In this document: positions 35,898 to 44,701 of the stretch, in pieces | Layout: every line of letters starts with the position of its first letter | Numbering within the stretch: position 1 is the first letter of the stretch | UHGV virus genome: UHGV-0169486 | DNA length: 50,405 bases | Reading direction: 5' to 3' (one strand) | From: a virus | The notes under the pieces: generated by a model | The model's database searches: none | Told to the model about the DNA's origin: nothing | What the model saw: the letters and a program-made list of their open reading frames with translations, nothing else | Program-made: the position numbers and the translations under genes

Positions 35898-36110
35898 TTA
35901 ATAACGTTCAAAGCTGGCAGCAAAACCCACGCCGGATATTTCACCGCCACTGTAGCTCGGCCTGAATATCCAGATCTCATCTTGATTGTCAATCAAGGCA
36001 AGGCAGTTATTCATTGTGTGATTTTCGTTGCCATAAACGATGTGAACGTCATAAATACGTCCAGTCGTGAAAACGCCGTCATTGCTTGAGTATGAGCATT
36101 TAACTTGCAT
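35898..36110 (-). CDS. hypothetical protein
   Basis: ORF track; AAAGGGG RBS. Confidence 0.5.
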   Translation of the reverse strand: MQVKCSYSSNDGVFTTGRIYDVHIVYGNENHTMNNCLALIDNQDEIWIFRPSYSGGEISGVGFAASFERY

Positions 36111-36361
36111 TAGAAAACCCCTTTATAATCGACCGTATATTTTGCTATCAGATTCCAGTCGCAATAGTTGAGCATGTCGCGCGGTTGCCAGCCTTTCATC
36201 CCGACCGCCCGCCGCGCGGCGTGACGGCGATAATCATCGTTATAATCAGCCATGCACCACGGCTGGAGGACAAACATATAATTTGCTTCATTAACCAGGA
36301 TAGCTACACGCTTTCCTGTCACCTTGTCTTTCGCCCTGAAATAATTCACTTTCATTTTCAT
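36110..36361 (-). CDS. hypothetical protein
   Basis: ORF track; operon packing. Confidence 0.5.
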   Translation of the reverse strand: MKMKVNYFRAKDKVTGKRVAILVNEANYMFVLQPWCMADYNDDYRRHAARRAVGMKGWQPRDMLNYCDWNLIAKYTVDYKGVF

Positions 36362-36573
36362 TTCAATACCTCGTCGATCAGCATTTCTTCTTCCAGGTTA
36401 GCCGGATGTTTACGGAATATCCCGGCAAAAACCAGATCATCAAGTAGGTCTTTACGCTTAAATAACCACTCTTTCATTATCACCCCGTCGTCGCTGCGAT
36501 ATACGACGCCACTTTTCAGAAAATAAAAAGTGCGGCTATTTGTCTGGAGGTATAAATCCTCGTAAACGTCCAT
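36358..36573 (-). CDS. hypothetical protein
   Basis: ORF track; GAGGG RBS. Confidence 0.5.
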   Translation of the reverse strand: MDVYEDLYLQTNSRTFYFLKSGVVYRSDDGVIMKEWLFKRKDLLDDLVFAGIFRKHPANLEEEMLIDEVLK

Positions 36574-36577
36574 GATA

Positions 36578-36805
36578 TTAACCCTCGACTACTTGCAAGC
36601 CGCGCCCCTTATCGCCTACGAAGTCGCCCAGGCTAAACGTATATGACCACGCCGGGTTAATGTAGTGATCATCAGCACCGTGAGCGATAAGGTCTTTACC
36701 CATAATGACGCAGGTCACATCATCAGAATGAACGACGTCTACCGTTTCCCCTACCACGCGTTTTAATGACGGGTATCCGTGATCGTGCAAGAATTTAACT
36801 TTCAT
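36578..36805 (-). CDS. hypothetical protein
   Basis: ORF track (36578..36838); ATG 36805 with AAGGG RBS. Confidence 0.45.
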   Translation of the reverse strand: MKVKFLHDHGYPSLKRVVGETVDVVHSDDVTCVIMGKDLIAHGADDHYINPAWSYTFSLGDFVGDKGRGLQVVEG

Positions 36806-37088
36806 ATTTTTTACCCTTATAAGTAACAGCATCAGCAATCAACAATACCGCCAGCATTTCACCGTCATGCAACGGATCTGGAATAGAAAAAAATATGTCG
36901 CTGTTTTTGTCAGGCACTACTACGCGCATATTGCCTTGTTTGTCTTCATGAACAAACCACGGCTTTTCGTGTGGCTCAAACATACCGAAAAGCAATTTAA
37001 GATCTATTTCTTCGCCCTTCGTGAATAACGATACGTCCGTTGTAGCGATAACTAACGCTTTCTGATCTGCCACTTTCTTCGTTCTCAT
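36795..37088 (-). CDS. hypothetical protein
   Basis: ORF track. Confidence 0.5.
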   Translation of the reverse strand: MRTKKVADQKALVIATTDVSLFTKGEEIDLKLLFGMFEPHEKPWFVHEDKQGNMRVVVPDKNSDIFFSIPDPLHDGEMLAVLLIADAVTYKGKKYES

Positions 37089-37318
37089 TCTTCTGCCTCC
37101 CAGCGGTCAATGCTGATTAGAAAATCACGGATAGCGTGGCGCTCGTCGCGCGTTGGCTTGCGCTTCCGGTAAATCTTAAAGTCAAACCATTCTTTTTCTT
37201 GTTCGAAATCCAGGTCGTAAGCAAGCGCCTCAATATATCCACATTCGTGATACTGGTACGCCACGCCAGCACGAACAAAAAAGCGGGTTTTATCCCGCTT
37301 GTGTTCATAGATACGCAT
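37085..37318 (-). CDS. hypothetical protein
   Basis: ORF track; overlaps neighbour by 4 nt. Confidence 0.5.
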   Translation of the reverse strand: MRIYEHKRDKTRFFVRAGVAYQYHECGYIEALAYDLDFEQEKEWFDFKIYRKRKPTRDERHAIRDFLISIDRWEAEE

Positions 37319-37328
37319 ATTTACCCCG

Positions 37329-37559
37329 CTATGCAGTTGTGTAGCTGTCTACCAGCTTTTCATCCTTCATTCTGGCAAGCTGGGCGATGTTCATCGTGTA
37401 GCCGCCATCAGAGAAAAGCCACTCCGCAGCCTTGCGACGAAAAGCGATATCATCATGGTTACGCGTCCATGTGGCGATCACCGCGCGCTTTCCGTCAGTG
37501 GCAAACATACTTAACTCATTATCAACTACGTCGATAGCCTGCCAAATTTTTAGCTCCAT
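37329..37559 (-). CDS. hypothetical protein
   Basis: ORF track. Confidence 0.5.
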   Translation of the reverse strand: MELKIWQAIDVVDNELSMFATDGKRAVIATWTRNHDDIAFRRKAAEWLFSDGGYTMNIAQLARMKDEKLVDSYTTA

Positions 37560-37915
37560 GATTTATCTCCGTAGATCTTGAATAGTTCCCGTGCTTCCTG
37601 GTCTTCAAATAGATTCATATGCAGGTTATGTAGTCGGCGCATTGTGCGGAAGCGCGGTCTGAATTCCTGGTTTCTTTTAATGAACTTACCACCAATTGAA
37701 TAAATATGACCGTATGAATACCATCTATTACCCACCCAAATTTGATATTCTTCACCTTCATAATTAATTTTGATTGTAAGCTCGTCAACCTCCATTATTA
37801 ATCCTTTGTCGAGGATATCGTTTAACATCGAATCCCACTCTTTAAGGAAAGGTTGTTGATAAAAACCGAAAAGTGTATTTGCTGCATGGCAAAGGTAATC
37901 AATGATTATTTGCAT
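37550..37915 (-). CDS. hypothetical protein
   Basis: ORF track; GGTGA RBS. Confidence 0.5.
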   Translation of the reverse strand: MQIIIDYLCHAANTLFGFYQQPFLKEWDSMLNDILDKGLIMEVDELTIKINYEGEEYQIWVGNRWYSYGHIYSIGGKFIKRNQEFRPRFRTMRRLHNLHMNLFEDQEARELFKIYGDKSWS

Positions 37916-37919
37916 GTTG

Positions 37920-38120
37920 TCACCACATCATATAATAAACGTTATCGTCAGCTAATTCGTCAGCGTCTTTTTGACAGTCGATTGTCGCATCGTCTTCGTG
38001 CCATTCTTTCGCGAATAAACGCGCCCATTTACGACGCTCACGCTTATTGCGTCGCAAATCATCAAAAACCATTAAAGCCTTATCGTAAGCTCTTACCATG
38101 CGTTTCATTCTACTTTTCAT
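37920..38120 (-). CDS. hypothetical basic small protein
   Basis: ORF track; strong AAGGAAGGTGA RBS. Confidence 0.5.
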   Translation of the reverse strand: MKSRMKRMVRAYDKALMVFDDLRRNKRERRKWARLFAKEWHEDDATIDCQKDADELADDNVYYMMW

Positions 38121-38325
38121 CTTTCACCTTCCTTAATTCCTTAATTTCAATATTGCGCAACCGGACGTCGCACGGCGTTTCAGATTTACCAGTAAGCGCC
38201 AGCGTCAGGTTTTCAGGTGTCGTGTAAAGGATTATCTCTTTACCTGTGCTAAATTTAATTTCTATGCGGATCTCGTTTTCGTCACCGCACAATACACGGC
38301 TAATTGATAGGCCAGCTTTTTTCAT
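38110..38325 (-). CDS. hypothetical protein
   Basis: ORF track. Confidence 0.5.
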   Translation of the reverse strand: MKKAGLSISRVLCGDENEIRIEIKFSTGKEIILYTTPENLTLALTGKSETPCDVRLRNIEIKELRKVKDEK

Positions 38326-38630
38326 TGCTCACCCCACCTTAACATCCAATTCACATCACACTTAATTGCGAATACCTTAACAGGATCAGGGCCGAATAAT
38401 GGATGCGTGATAGTTTTTACTTCGTACCCGAAATAAGGCAGGTTTATAATCCGGTGCGCTTCGTGGCTGGCTGGATACCCCAGCTTAATGATCAGGCGTT
38501 CATATTTCCGCCCTTCCAGGCGTTTACGCCAATAGTCATTGTAAAGCCTGTATTCTTCCACCTTCTTTCCCGCCCGGATGGCGTAAAAGTATTCTCCTTT
38601 CAGGTTTAAATGTAGATCTTTACTTGCCAT
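38322..38630 (-). CDS. hypothetical protein (possibly ASCH/PUA-like)
   Basis: ORF track (38322..38666); ATG 38630 with AGGAG RBS; domain guess is weak. Confidence 0.45.
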   Translation of the reverse strand: MASKDLHLNLKGEYFYAIRAGKKVEEYRLYNDYWRKRLEGRKYERLIIKLGYPASHEAHRIINLPYFGYEVKTITHPLFGPDPVKVFAIKCDVNWMLRWGEQ

Positions 38631-38892
38631 CGCTATGCTCCTGTAAAAAGTCGTTATAGCCTTCAATGTATCCGGTCAATCCGGTGTTACTAACTGACCA
38701 TTCAGCCGTCCGTCGCTTGATGGCTTCATCCATTATAATTTCACCTTTGCGATGGCATCCGGCATCAATATAGCGGTTAACAACCGAAGATAGCCGCCCG
38801 CGTAGCTGTTGTGTCCCGGCGTAATATCGTGCTGTATCCGCAAGCGCGTTAACCAACTGGCGGTAAATATGTTCTTTTAATTTAGGCTTCAT
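38620..38892 (-). CDS. hypothetical protein
   Basis: ORF track (38620..38943); ATG 38892 with GAGGGTGA RBS. Confidence 0.5.
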   Translation of the reverse strand: MKPKLKEHIYRQLVNALADTARYYAGTQQLRGRLSSVVNRYIDAGCHRKGEIIMDEAIKRRTAEWSVSNTGLTGYIEGYNDFLQEHSDGK

Positions 38893-39232
38893 TATCATCA
38901 CCCTCGAAATACTGCTCAATCGCACGTTTGACGTTAATTTCACGCTGATAATTGTTATTGCTGTAGATTGCTGCTGCCGATACGTGATCGATAATTTGCT
39001 GTAATAAATCAGGATGAATTTTTATTTTTTCGTCAAGGACAATGCGCTCTGGTTCTGGCGCTTCGGCGTTATCTTCAATAATTTCTATCTCACCACTACC
39101 ACCGCATCGCGGACAAACAAACTTATCGCCTTGATACAGAAAGAGGCCACAACCTTTTTCAGTCTTAACGACCATGCCGTCTTCGTAGCAGTTTTCGCAA
39201 TATAACCACCCGATATTAATTATTTTCATCAT
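38882..39232 (-). CDS. zinc-ribbon protein (CxxC...CxxC)
   Basis: ORF track (38882..39289); ATG 39232; CENC and CPRC pairs. Confidence 0.5.
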   Translation of the reverse strand: MMKIINIGWLYCENCYEDGMVVKTEKGCGLFLYQGDKFVCPRCGGSGEIEIIEDNAEAPEPERIVLDEKIKIHPDLLQQIIDHVSAAAIYSNNNYQREINVKRAIEQYFEGDDNEA

Positions 39233-39416
39233 CGCCCCGCTTATAGATATGCACTGGCTTAACAGGAATGGCAGGCAATTCGCCTTCATTTAACGCGCTT
39301 GCCATACCTAATATTAAACGCGCTTCCGCACCAGTAACTTTCTTACACCATGCGCCGCCTGTTTTGTCTTCAAATAAGATAACAGCGAACTGATCGTTTA
39401 TTTCCAGCTTATCCAT
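39216..39416 (-). CDS. hypothetical protein
   Basis: ORF track; directly downstream of Q. Confidence 0.5.
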   Translation of the reverse strand: MDKLEINDQFAVILFEDKTGGAWCKKVTGAEARLILGMASALNEGELPAIPVKPVHIYKRGDDENN

Positions 39417-40138
39417 TATTCACCCCGTGTCACTCGCTTGATTTCGCTTTCCGCGCGGGCTTCTTCTTTGAATAGCTCCGCTATGGCGTCCTCATAGAAA
39501 ACCCTGTATTTCTTCCACCATGTTGATCGGCTTACCGGGAAAACAAGCTGGTTAACAGCCTGCCGGACAAGATCTACAGGGAAACGCGAGTAGCCTCGCC
39601 CGCCGCAGTGCTGGCACGTTTTGAATACTGGCATTTCCGCCGCTTCGCTGGCTGTTTTATCCGGTATCTCGCCACTCCCCTTGCATTGTTTACAATGATT
39701 GCGAACCTTTCCATGCCCCTTGCATTTTTTGCAAAGATGTTTTTCTCCGTAGTCGTCAAACGTAAATTTATATCCGCCGCACTCCATACAAGTTTTTTCC
39801 GTCGCGGCGCTTTGGCAATAATCCCGAAACGCGAAAACGGCAACAAGAATAATAAGATCATTGCGTTGTTCTTCATTTAATTCCATCACATATTCGTAAT
39901 CTTTCGCCATAGCTCTTAAACGCTCTGTAAGCAATACTACAGCCCTGTGTTTTTCGGCTTGCGATAGCTCCATCTTCCCTAAAAAAGCACTATAGCCAAG
40001 CTCTACGCGCGATTGCGCCATACCCGCAGCGGTTAGCGCATCAGTCGTATTAAGCGCATCCGGGGATGTGCCCCGGCTTTCGTCTGATAATCGCGGTGAT
40101 TTGGGAAAGTGGAATTTCAGAATGGATTCTAAATTCAT
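39416..40138 (-). CDS. Q: late-gene antiterminator Q-like protein with Cys-rich insertion
   Basis: N-terminus MNLESILKFHFPKSPRLSDESRG...AAGMAQS recalled as similar to lambda Q; multiple CxxC pairs; GGGGGGA RBS. Confidence 0.75.
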   Translation of the reverse strand: MNLESILKFHFPKSPRLSDESRGTSPDALNTTDALTAAGMAQSRVELGYSAFLGKMELSQAEKHRAVVLLTERLRAMAKDYEYVMELNEEQRNDLIILVAVFAFRDYCQSAATEKTCMECGGYKFTFDDYGEKHLCKKCKGHGKVRNHCKQCKGSGEIPDKTASEAAEMPVFKTCQHCGGRGYSRFPVDLVRQAVNQLVFPVSRSTWWKKYRVFYEDAIAELFKEEARAESEIKRVTRGE

Positions 40139-40320
40139 TATTTCCCCCCGTAACGAGCAATAAGTTGTTTACGATCAGAAATAGACTGGACTAACTTTTT
40201 CTCAAGCTCTTTCAATGCAAGCAATTCGCGCATATGAAAAGCCTGGATTTGTCGGACTGTAGCTAAATCATGCTCATCGCGCTGAATATCTATTTGCAGA
40301 TCTTTAACTTCGTTTTTCAT
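40138..40320 (-). CDS. hypothetical coiled-coil small protein
   Basis: ORF track; TAATG coupling with Q start. Confidence 0.45.
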   Translation of the reverse strand: MKNEVKDLQIDIQRDEHDLATVRQIQAFHMRELLALKELEKKLVQSISDRKQLIARYGGK

Positions 40321-40724
40321 TGCTCACCCCACATATTAGTCGCGTATTCGTCAATATCCGGTAGTAGGTCGCCGCGTTCGCGGATCTTAATAAACAAGCG
40401 TCCGCCTTTTACCTTCCGGCAGCGGACAATTTTTATTGAGTCAATTTGTCCATCATCTTTCCAAAATCCGGCATAAGTAAGGCTGTCAAATAGGCATTTA
40501 GGGATATTATCAAGATCCCTGGTCCGGTTATCAGGCGGCGCGGCATAAATGGCGATTGCCAGTCGGCAAGACAGGTTAATGTCTAGATTTAATAATTCGA
40601 TGATGTCTTTTACTTGTTCCCGGTATTCCTTCCCCACTTCGCTGATATAGTGAAAACCCCGTGAATGTCGGTAATAGCGGTTATTCGATGGCGGGTAAGG
40701 CAGGCTAAAGGTATATTCATTCAT
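40317..40724 (-). CDS. rusA: RusA-family Holliday junction resolvase
   Basis: N-terminus SLPYPPSNNRYYRHSRG and DLDN motif recalled as matching RusA; ATGA overlap with NinG stop. Confidence 0.85.
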   Translation of the reverse strand: MNEYTFSLPYPPSNNRYYRHSRGFHYISEVGKEYREQVKDIIELLNLDINLSCRLAIAIYAAPPDNRTRDLDNIPKCLFDSLTYAGFWKDDGQIDSIKIVRCRKVKGGRLFIKIRERGDLLPDIDEYATNMWGEQ

Positions 40725-41326
40725 GCTGCCTTTCTCCTTAAGGCGTCCAATTTCGCCTGATAGATGTTTATTAGCTCCTTACATTCTGCGATCGTCCATT
40801 TGTGTGTATCGTTGTTGTTCTCCAGCGCAACCACCATTGCGAGGCCAATTTTTCGAATCAGCGCAGGGCGATACCCTCCGGTGTTTCCGTCTAATGTCTG
40901 GTTGCAGTGCCTGCATTGTTTATGGCAATTATCCTCGTTAAAGCGAAGGTGTCCGGCGGCGGCTACCGTCCTGTAATGGCCCGCATCCCACCCGCATTGC
41001 TCACCGTAGTAAGTCCCGCAAGATATACACGGCAATCGCGCGTCACGCTCGCGTATATAAGCGTTAAAAACGTTTTGCGCCTGTTTAATCCAGTAGCTAC
41101 GCGGATTTAACTGCTTCCGCTTCCGGTTTCGTTCTTCCCGCTGGCTATCACGGCGTTTCTTCCGTTCCATAGCCTTCATAGCCTTCTCACGGTCGCGGCA
41201 TAGCTGATCAAACTTCAGTTCTTCCAGACATTCATCGCTGCACCACGTCTGGTTGTGATATTTAGGCTCAAAAAAAACGCCGCAGCATTTGCAACGGCGT
41301 CTTATGGTTTTTTTAGGGTTCTGCAT
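40721..41326 (-). CDS. ninG: NinG/Rap-like recombination protein
   Basis: Recalled similarity to lambda NinG (RRCK..C, PRSYWIKQAQ, CISCGT, WDAGHYRT, FNE.N.HKQC); ATG 41326 with GGGGTGG RBS (track start 41416 is in an overlapping region). Confidence 0.8.
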   Translation of the reverse strand: MQNPKKTIRRRCKCCGVFFEPKYHNQTWCSDECLEELKFDQLCRDREKAMKAMERKKRRDSQREERNRKRKQLNPRSYWIKQAQNVFNAYIRERDARLPCISCGTYYGEQCGWDAGHYRTVAAAGHLRFNEDNCHKQCRHCNQTLDGNTGGYRPALIRKIGLAMVVALENNNDTHKWTIAECKELINIYQAKLDALRRKAA

Positions 41327-41340
41327 AAAAACCACCCCGA

Positions 41341-41517
41341 TTATTTTTGATTCTCTGTTTCGTTCCGCCTTTCGGCGTGTCCGGCCCTTAGCCAATGTTC
41401 TAAGCATTCGTTGCACTCGTTACAGCCTCCTTTCTTCGTGCTGCATACATTGCACATTGCACGCATGACGCTTTCTCTTTCATAGTCGTCATGCCATTGG
41501 TAATCATCAAAAGACAT
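41341..41517 (-). CDS. small Cys-rich (zinc ribbon-like) protein, 58 aa
   Basis: Own translation MSFDDYQWHDDYERESVMRAMCNVCSTKKGGCNECNECLEHW...; strong AAAAGGAGAGAG RBS. Confidence 0.4.
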   Translation of the reverse strand: MSFDDYQWHDDYERESVMRAMCNVCSTKKGGCNECNECLEHWLRAGHAERRNETENQK

Positions 41518-41543
41518 AATGCTCTCTCCTTTTCAGGTTATTT

Positions 41544-41579
41544 CTACGCATTTCAGCGATGCCGGATTTTTAAAGAGTA
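41544..41579 (-). promoter_or_regulatory. third boxA/boxB-like element (CTCTTTAAAAATCCGG plus short hairpin)
   Basis: 16-mer identical to the nutR-like boxA at 48877-48892, in sense orientation on minus strand; preceded by TTGTTC-16-TATACT promoter-like sequence. Confidence 0.4.
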
Positions 41580-41676
41580 TTTTGTTTGCTTGAAGTATAC
41601 AAAACGGATGCGCCAGAACAAGGCGAAAAGCGCCATTATGTGATGCATATCACGCTATGACGCCATTTTGTAAACT

Positions 41677-42441
41677 TTAGTCCGGTAAAACGCGGTTAAG
41701 CGTAGTCCGCGTGATGGCCCTGTCGTTAGCCAGGAATACAGCTCGTGCGAAGCCGCGCGGCGTTAGTGAGCGGATCATCTTAGTGCGCTTCGACTTTCCG
41801 CCTAACTTCGCGTGCTGCTTACTGTCTTCCCATTCATCCGGCATTGGTACAGGCCGGAATAGCGGCTGCTTAAATCCATTACCACACCAAATACATGTTT
41901 TCTTCGTGTAGGCATCGCGGTCGGCAATGTATTCCGGGAAAGCAGGATGTTTGTCATCTTCAGGCAGGTAGCCACCGTAAACGCAAGGATTGAAGATAAA
42001 ATCCGGTTTACGCCATAACGTTGACAGTGCGCCAACTGGATTTTCCACCATCCACGGCACGTTATACATATTCGCCAGTTTTTCTACAATTTTTGCGTTA
42101 TACGCCGCCTTTACCTGGAAGCCAGGATCTTTTTTCCGTTTATCAGCGAACCAACGAGCGCCTGATACGGCAAGATCATCACACGGAGGAAAGCCCAAGA
42201 TAATGTCAGGATCTGGATAAACAGACAATTCAGGGGAGAACATTACCAGGAAATGGCTGTCAATCCATACGTTAACATATTCAATATTTGGATGAATTAT
42301 TTTTACCCCGTCATAATCCCCGTGATTAGCGCCGTCATAGTTGAAGCAATAGCATTTATAACCAGCTTCCGCCCAATCTTTAACGGCGTACCCGCTTCCG
42401 TCGTACAGCGACCAGATAACCCAATTTCTAAGCCCGCTCAT
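41677..42441 (-). CDS. DNA methyltransferase, C5-cytosine-like motifs
   Basis: Motif I-like SLYDGSG, motif IV-like GFPPCDDLAVSGAR, motif VI ENV (WMVENPVG). Confidence 0.6.
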   Translation of the reverse strand: MSGLRNWVIWSLYDGSGYAVKDWAEAGYKCYCFNYDGANHGDYDGVKIIHPNIEYVNVWIDSHFLVMFSPELSVYPDPDIILGFPPCDDLAVSGARWFADKRKKDPGFQVKAAYNAKIVEKLANMYNVPWMVENPVGALSTLWRKPDFIFNPCVYGGYLPEDDKHPAFPEYIADRDAYTKKTCIWCGNGFKQPLFRPVPMPDEWEDSKQHAKLGGKSKRTKMIRSLTPRGFARAVFLANDRAITRTTLNRVLPD

Positions 42442-42785
42442 TTTCCACCCTCAAACGTGAAATAGCGGCGCATGATGATAGTGATCACCGTTACCGCTGC
42501 CATTTTTGAGATGAATTGAATAGCTGATATTTCCGGCATAAATGCCATAAACGATAGCGTGGGAAAAATTAACGCATCGCCAATGGCGGACGCTATATTT
42601 GCAGGCCAGCGTTTGGAATCGAAATCACCAGGTAGAACCCGGTAAACGCCGCCAGAAATAAGCGCACCGGAAACAACCGCGACGAATTCGAATTCCCGAT
42701 CCATTCCTCTAAAAACAGGTTTCGGCGTCTGCCATAGGTCTTTTATTTCTTTCGGCGTATGACTGCCGCCGTAATCATTTTTCAT
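42438..42785 (-). CDS. hypothetical protein (hydrophobic C-terminal half)
   Basis: ORF track; 4-nt overlap with downstream gene. Confidence 0.5.
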   Translation of the reverse strand: MKNDYGGSHTPKEIKDLWQTPKPVFRGMDREFEFVAVVSGALISGGVYRVLPGDFDSKRWPANIASAIGDALIFPTLSFMAFMPEISAIQFISKMAAVTVITIIMRRYFTFEGGK

Positions 42786-42794
42786 TGCGCCCCC

Positions 42795-43028
42795 TTAGAA
42801 ATAATCCTGCTCCGTCCCCCAGCGGTTATTCAGATACCCCACCAACCACACAAAACGCTCAATGCTGATTAGCGGGGCGACCTTGCGATAATGCTTGTCG
42901 AGTATCAGCCGCGTGGCTTTATCGCTATATCCGTTTCTTTCCACCTCTGTCTTGCAGGCAGAAAGCGCCGCCCGCGCGGCAGTTTTAACGGCATTAAATT
43001 GCGGCTCTGACAGGTTGAATAAAGCCAT
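42795..43028 (-). CDS. hypothetical protein
   Basis: ORF track. Confidence 0.5.
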   Translation of the reverse strand: MALFNLSEPQFNAVKTAARAALSACKTEVERNGYSDKATRLILDKHYRKVAPLISIERFVWLVGYLNNRWGTEQDYF

Positions 43029-43030
43029 AA

Positions 43031-43267
43031 CTAAAACGGATCATCCCAATCTGGCGCGGCAGTCCAGCAAAACCCGACAAATGCGCTAACCGCCAATAAA
43101 GCGCGGGCGACAAAAAGAATATTCCCAATGTCGTTAAATTCAGGCATCGACCACGTAATAAAAATCGCCCCCAGCATAATAACGACGATAACAGCCGCTG
43201 CCGCCAGGAAAACAAAAAGCGTAGCTAAAAGCCACGCTCCCAACCAGTTTAAAAAGCTCTTAAACAT
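43031..43267 (-). CDS. small membrane protein (two predicted TM segments)
   Basis: ORF track; hydrophobic segments. Confidence 0.5.
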   Translation of the reverse strand: MFKSFLNWLGAWLLATLFVFLAAAAVIVVIMLGAIFITWSMPEFNDIGNILFVARALLAVSAFVGFCWTAAPDWDDPF

Positions 43268-43269
43268 TT

Positions 43270-43473
43270 TTAAACGTCCTCAATCACTCCGTCTTTCACG
43301 CGTTCTTTAATATCCCATACGTGGGGCTTGCATACTTCATGGTAATAGTGATCCGGCCTGCTGCCGAAATACCATTCGCCATCCATATAAAAATAAACGC
43401 CAGAAAAATCACCTGGCGCTGCCTTTGTTGCTGCTTCTGGAATTTTCCATTCCCTGTAATGTTTAAACTTCAT
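43270..43473 (-). CDS. hypothetical protein
   Basis: ORF track. Confidence 0.5.
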   Translation of the reverse strand: MKFKHYREWKIPEAATKAAPGDFSGVYFYMDGEWYFGSRPDHYYHEVCKPHVWDIKERVKDGVIEDV

Positions 43474-43515
43474 GCATTAATACCGCCTGTTTAAGCGCGC
43501 TCAATCTATAAGGCA

Positions 43516-43653
43516 TTAAACGAAAATGCTGTACACCATCAATAATGTTAACTCTGTAAATATCACCGACCGCGTTATAGTAATAACAGCCAGCATAACC
43601 GACCCAGCTAATTTAGCGTTATCCGGTAGCCTATAGTCTCCAACGCATTTCAT
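43516..43653 (-). CDS. possible hydrophobic micro-protein (45 aa)
   Basis: Own translation MKCVGDYRLPDNAKLAGSVMLAVITITRSVIFTELTLLMVYSIFV; GAGGTGA RBS. Confidence 0.35.
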   Translation of the reverse strand: MKCVGDYRLPDNAKLAGSVMLAVITITRSVIFTELTLLMVYSIFV

Positions 43654-43681
43654 AAAATCACCTCATATGGTATTCAATAAA

Positions 43682-43750
43682 TCATCTAACAAATAAACAG
43701 AAAGCAACAAATCTCCAGCAAATGCACATGAATAACAATGCGTCGTCCAT
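43682..43750 (-). CDS. possible hydrophobic micro-ORF (22 aa)
   Basis: Own translation MDDALLFMCICWRFVAFCLFVR; GGAGG RBS; starts next to stop of upstream gene. Confidence 0.3.
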   Translation of the reverse strand: MDDALLFMCICWRFVAFCLFVR

Positions 43751-43752
43751 AA

Positions 43753-43971
43753 TCAAGCCTCCATTAATCCGTAGTCGAATTTACCTAAATATCTTTCAAG
43801 GCTAGCAACTTCAACACCATCAACGCACCGCTTCCACACGGATATCTGGTATTCGTTTTCTCTCAAGTGCATATTAAAAAGCACTTCATCGGCTGGATAG
43901 CTTTTCCCGGCGACGTAGGCATCGTGACCTACACCACCTTCTACACAGTAGAGCATCAATTCGCGCTCCAT
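43753..43971 (-). CDS. hypothetical protein
   Basis: ORF track (43753..44031); internal ATG 43971 with GGAGAAA RBS preferred. Confidence 0.45.
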   Translation of the reverse strand: MERELMLYCVEGGVGHDAYVAGKSYPADEVLFNMHLRENEYQISVWKRCVDGVEVASLERYLGKFDYGLMEA

Positions 43972-44069
43972 CTTGTTTTCTCCGCGCCGTAAACCTTTCG
44001 ATTTCTTCTTACAAAACGGATATGCGATCACAGCACAAAATGTATATTTATGTGATCGCGATCACCCTG

Positions 44070-44690
44070 TTAATGTAGTACACGTTTTTCCTGTTTCGGC
44101 ATTGGCTGTGCACGTTTTCTGGCATCATTCAGCGTCGCCAGAACACACTGGACGCCAAAATCATTAGCCCGCATATTATCGCCGACCATATCACCATAAA
44201 TAACAGGCATGAATTTTTTCACTTCTTCCGCGTCGCGCCCTTCTTCTACCGCTTTCTTAAGCACTTCAGCTTCAAGGCTATCTCGCATCAGTTCACGGAT
44301 TGTATGCAATGAAGCACTACCCATCACCCCGTCGCCCAGCGGGACCATTATCGCACTACCATACGCAAGCGGGTCCAGTTCTTCCGGCACTGGTACACGT
44401 CCGAATTCCTCCTCCATGCGTCTTACGAAAGTGAGGCAGAACACATAACGCGCTACCGATGTTTTTTCTTCCATATTTAGAGACACGTAATCGCGGATTG
44501 ACGCATCCATCACAATGTCAACAACCTGTAGCGCCAGGTTTAAATCACCGTCATACGCGCCAGCGTTCATATCTTTTAATACTTCGTGATAATCCTTAGT
44601 TACCACTTCGTGAAAGCTCGCGTCTTCTGTGTAGCGAGTAATTAACATGCCTTCGCTGCCGAGTGAATAAGCCGTTTTGATATTGTTCAT
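44070..44690 (-). CDS. hypothetical protein (about 206 aa)
   Basis: ORF track (44070..44720); ATG 44690 with AAGGG RBS. Confidence 0.55.
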   Translation of the reverse strand: MNNIKTAYSLGSEGMLITRYTEDASFHEVVTKDYHEVLKDMNAGAYDGDLNLALQVVDIVMDASIRDYVSLNMEEKTSVARYVFCLTFVRRMEEEFGRVPVPEELDPLAYGSAIMVPLGDGVMGSASLHTIRELMRDSLEAEVLKKAVEEGRDAEEVKKFMPVIYGDMVGDNMRANDFGVQCVLATLNDARKRAQPMPKQEKRVLH

Positions 44691-44701
44691 AATATTTACC
44701 C

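Noticed and set aside
33777-38227. Plus-strand ORFs 33777-34085, 34206-34388, 35609-35878, 36185-36526, 37136-37537, 37853-38227
   Set aside because: All overlap well-packed minus-strand genes with RBSs; translations are low-complexity, typical of antisense frames.
41327-41416. N-terminal 30 codons of the track ORF for NinG (start 41416)
   Set aside because: Overlaps the better-supported Cys-rich 58-aa ORF in another frame; NinG-like similarity and a GGGGTGG RBS begin at ATG 41326.
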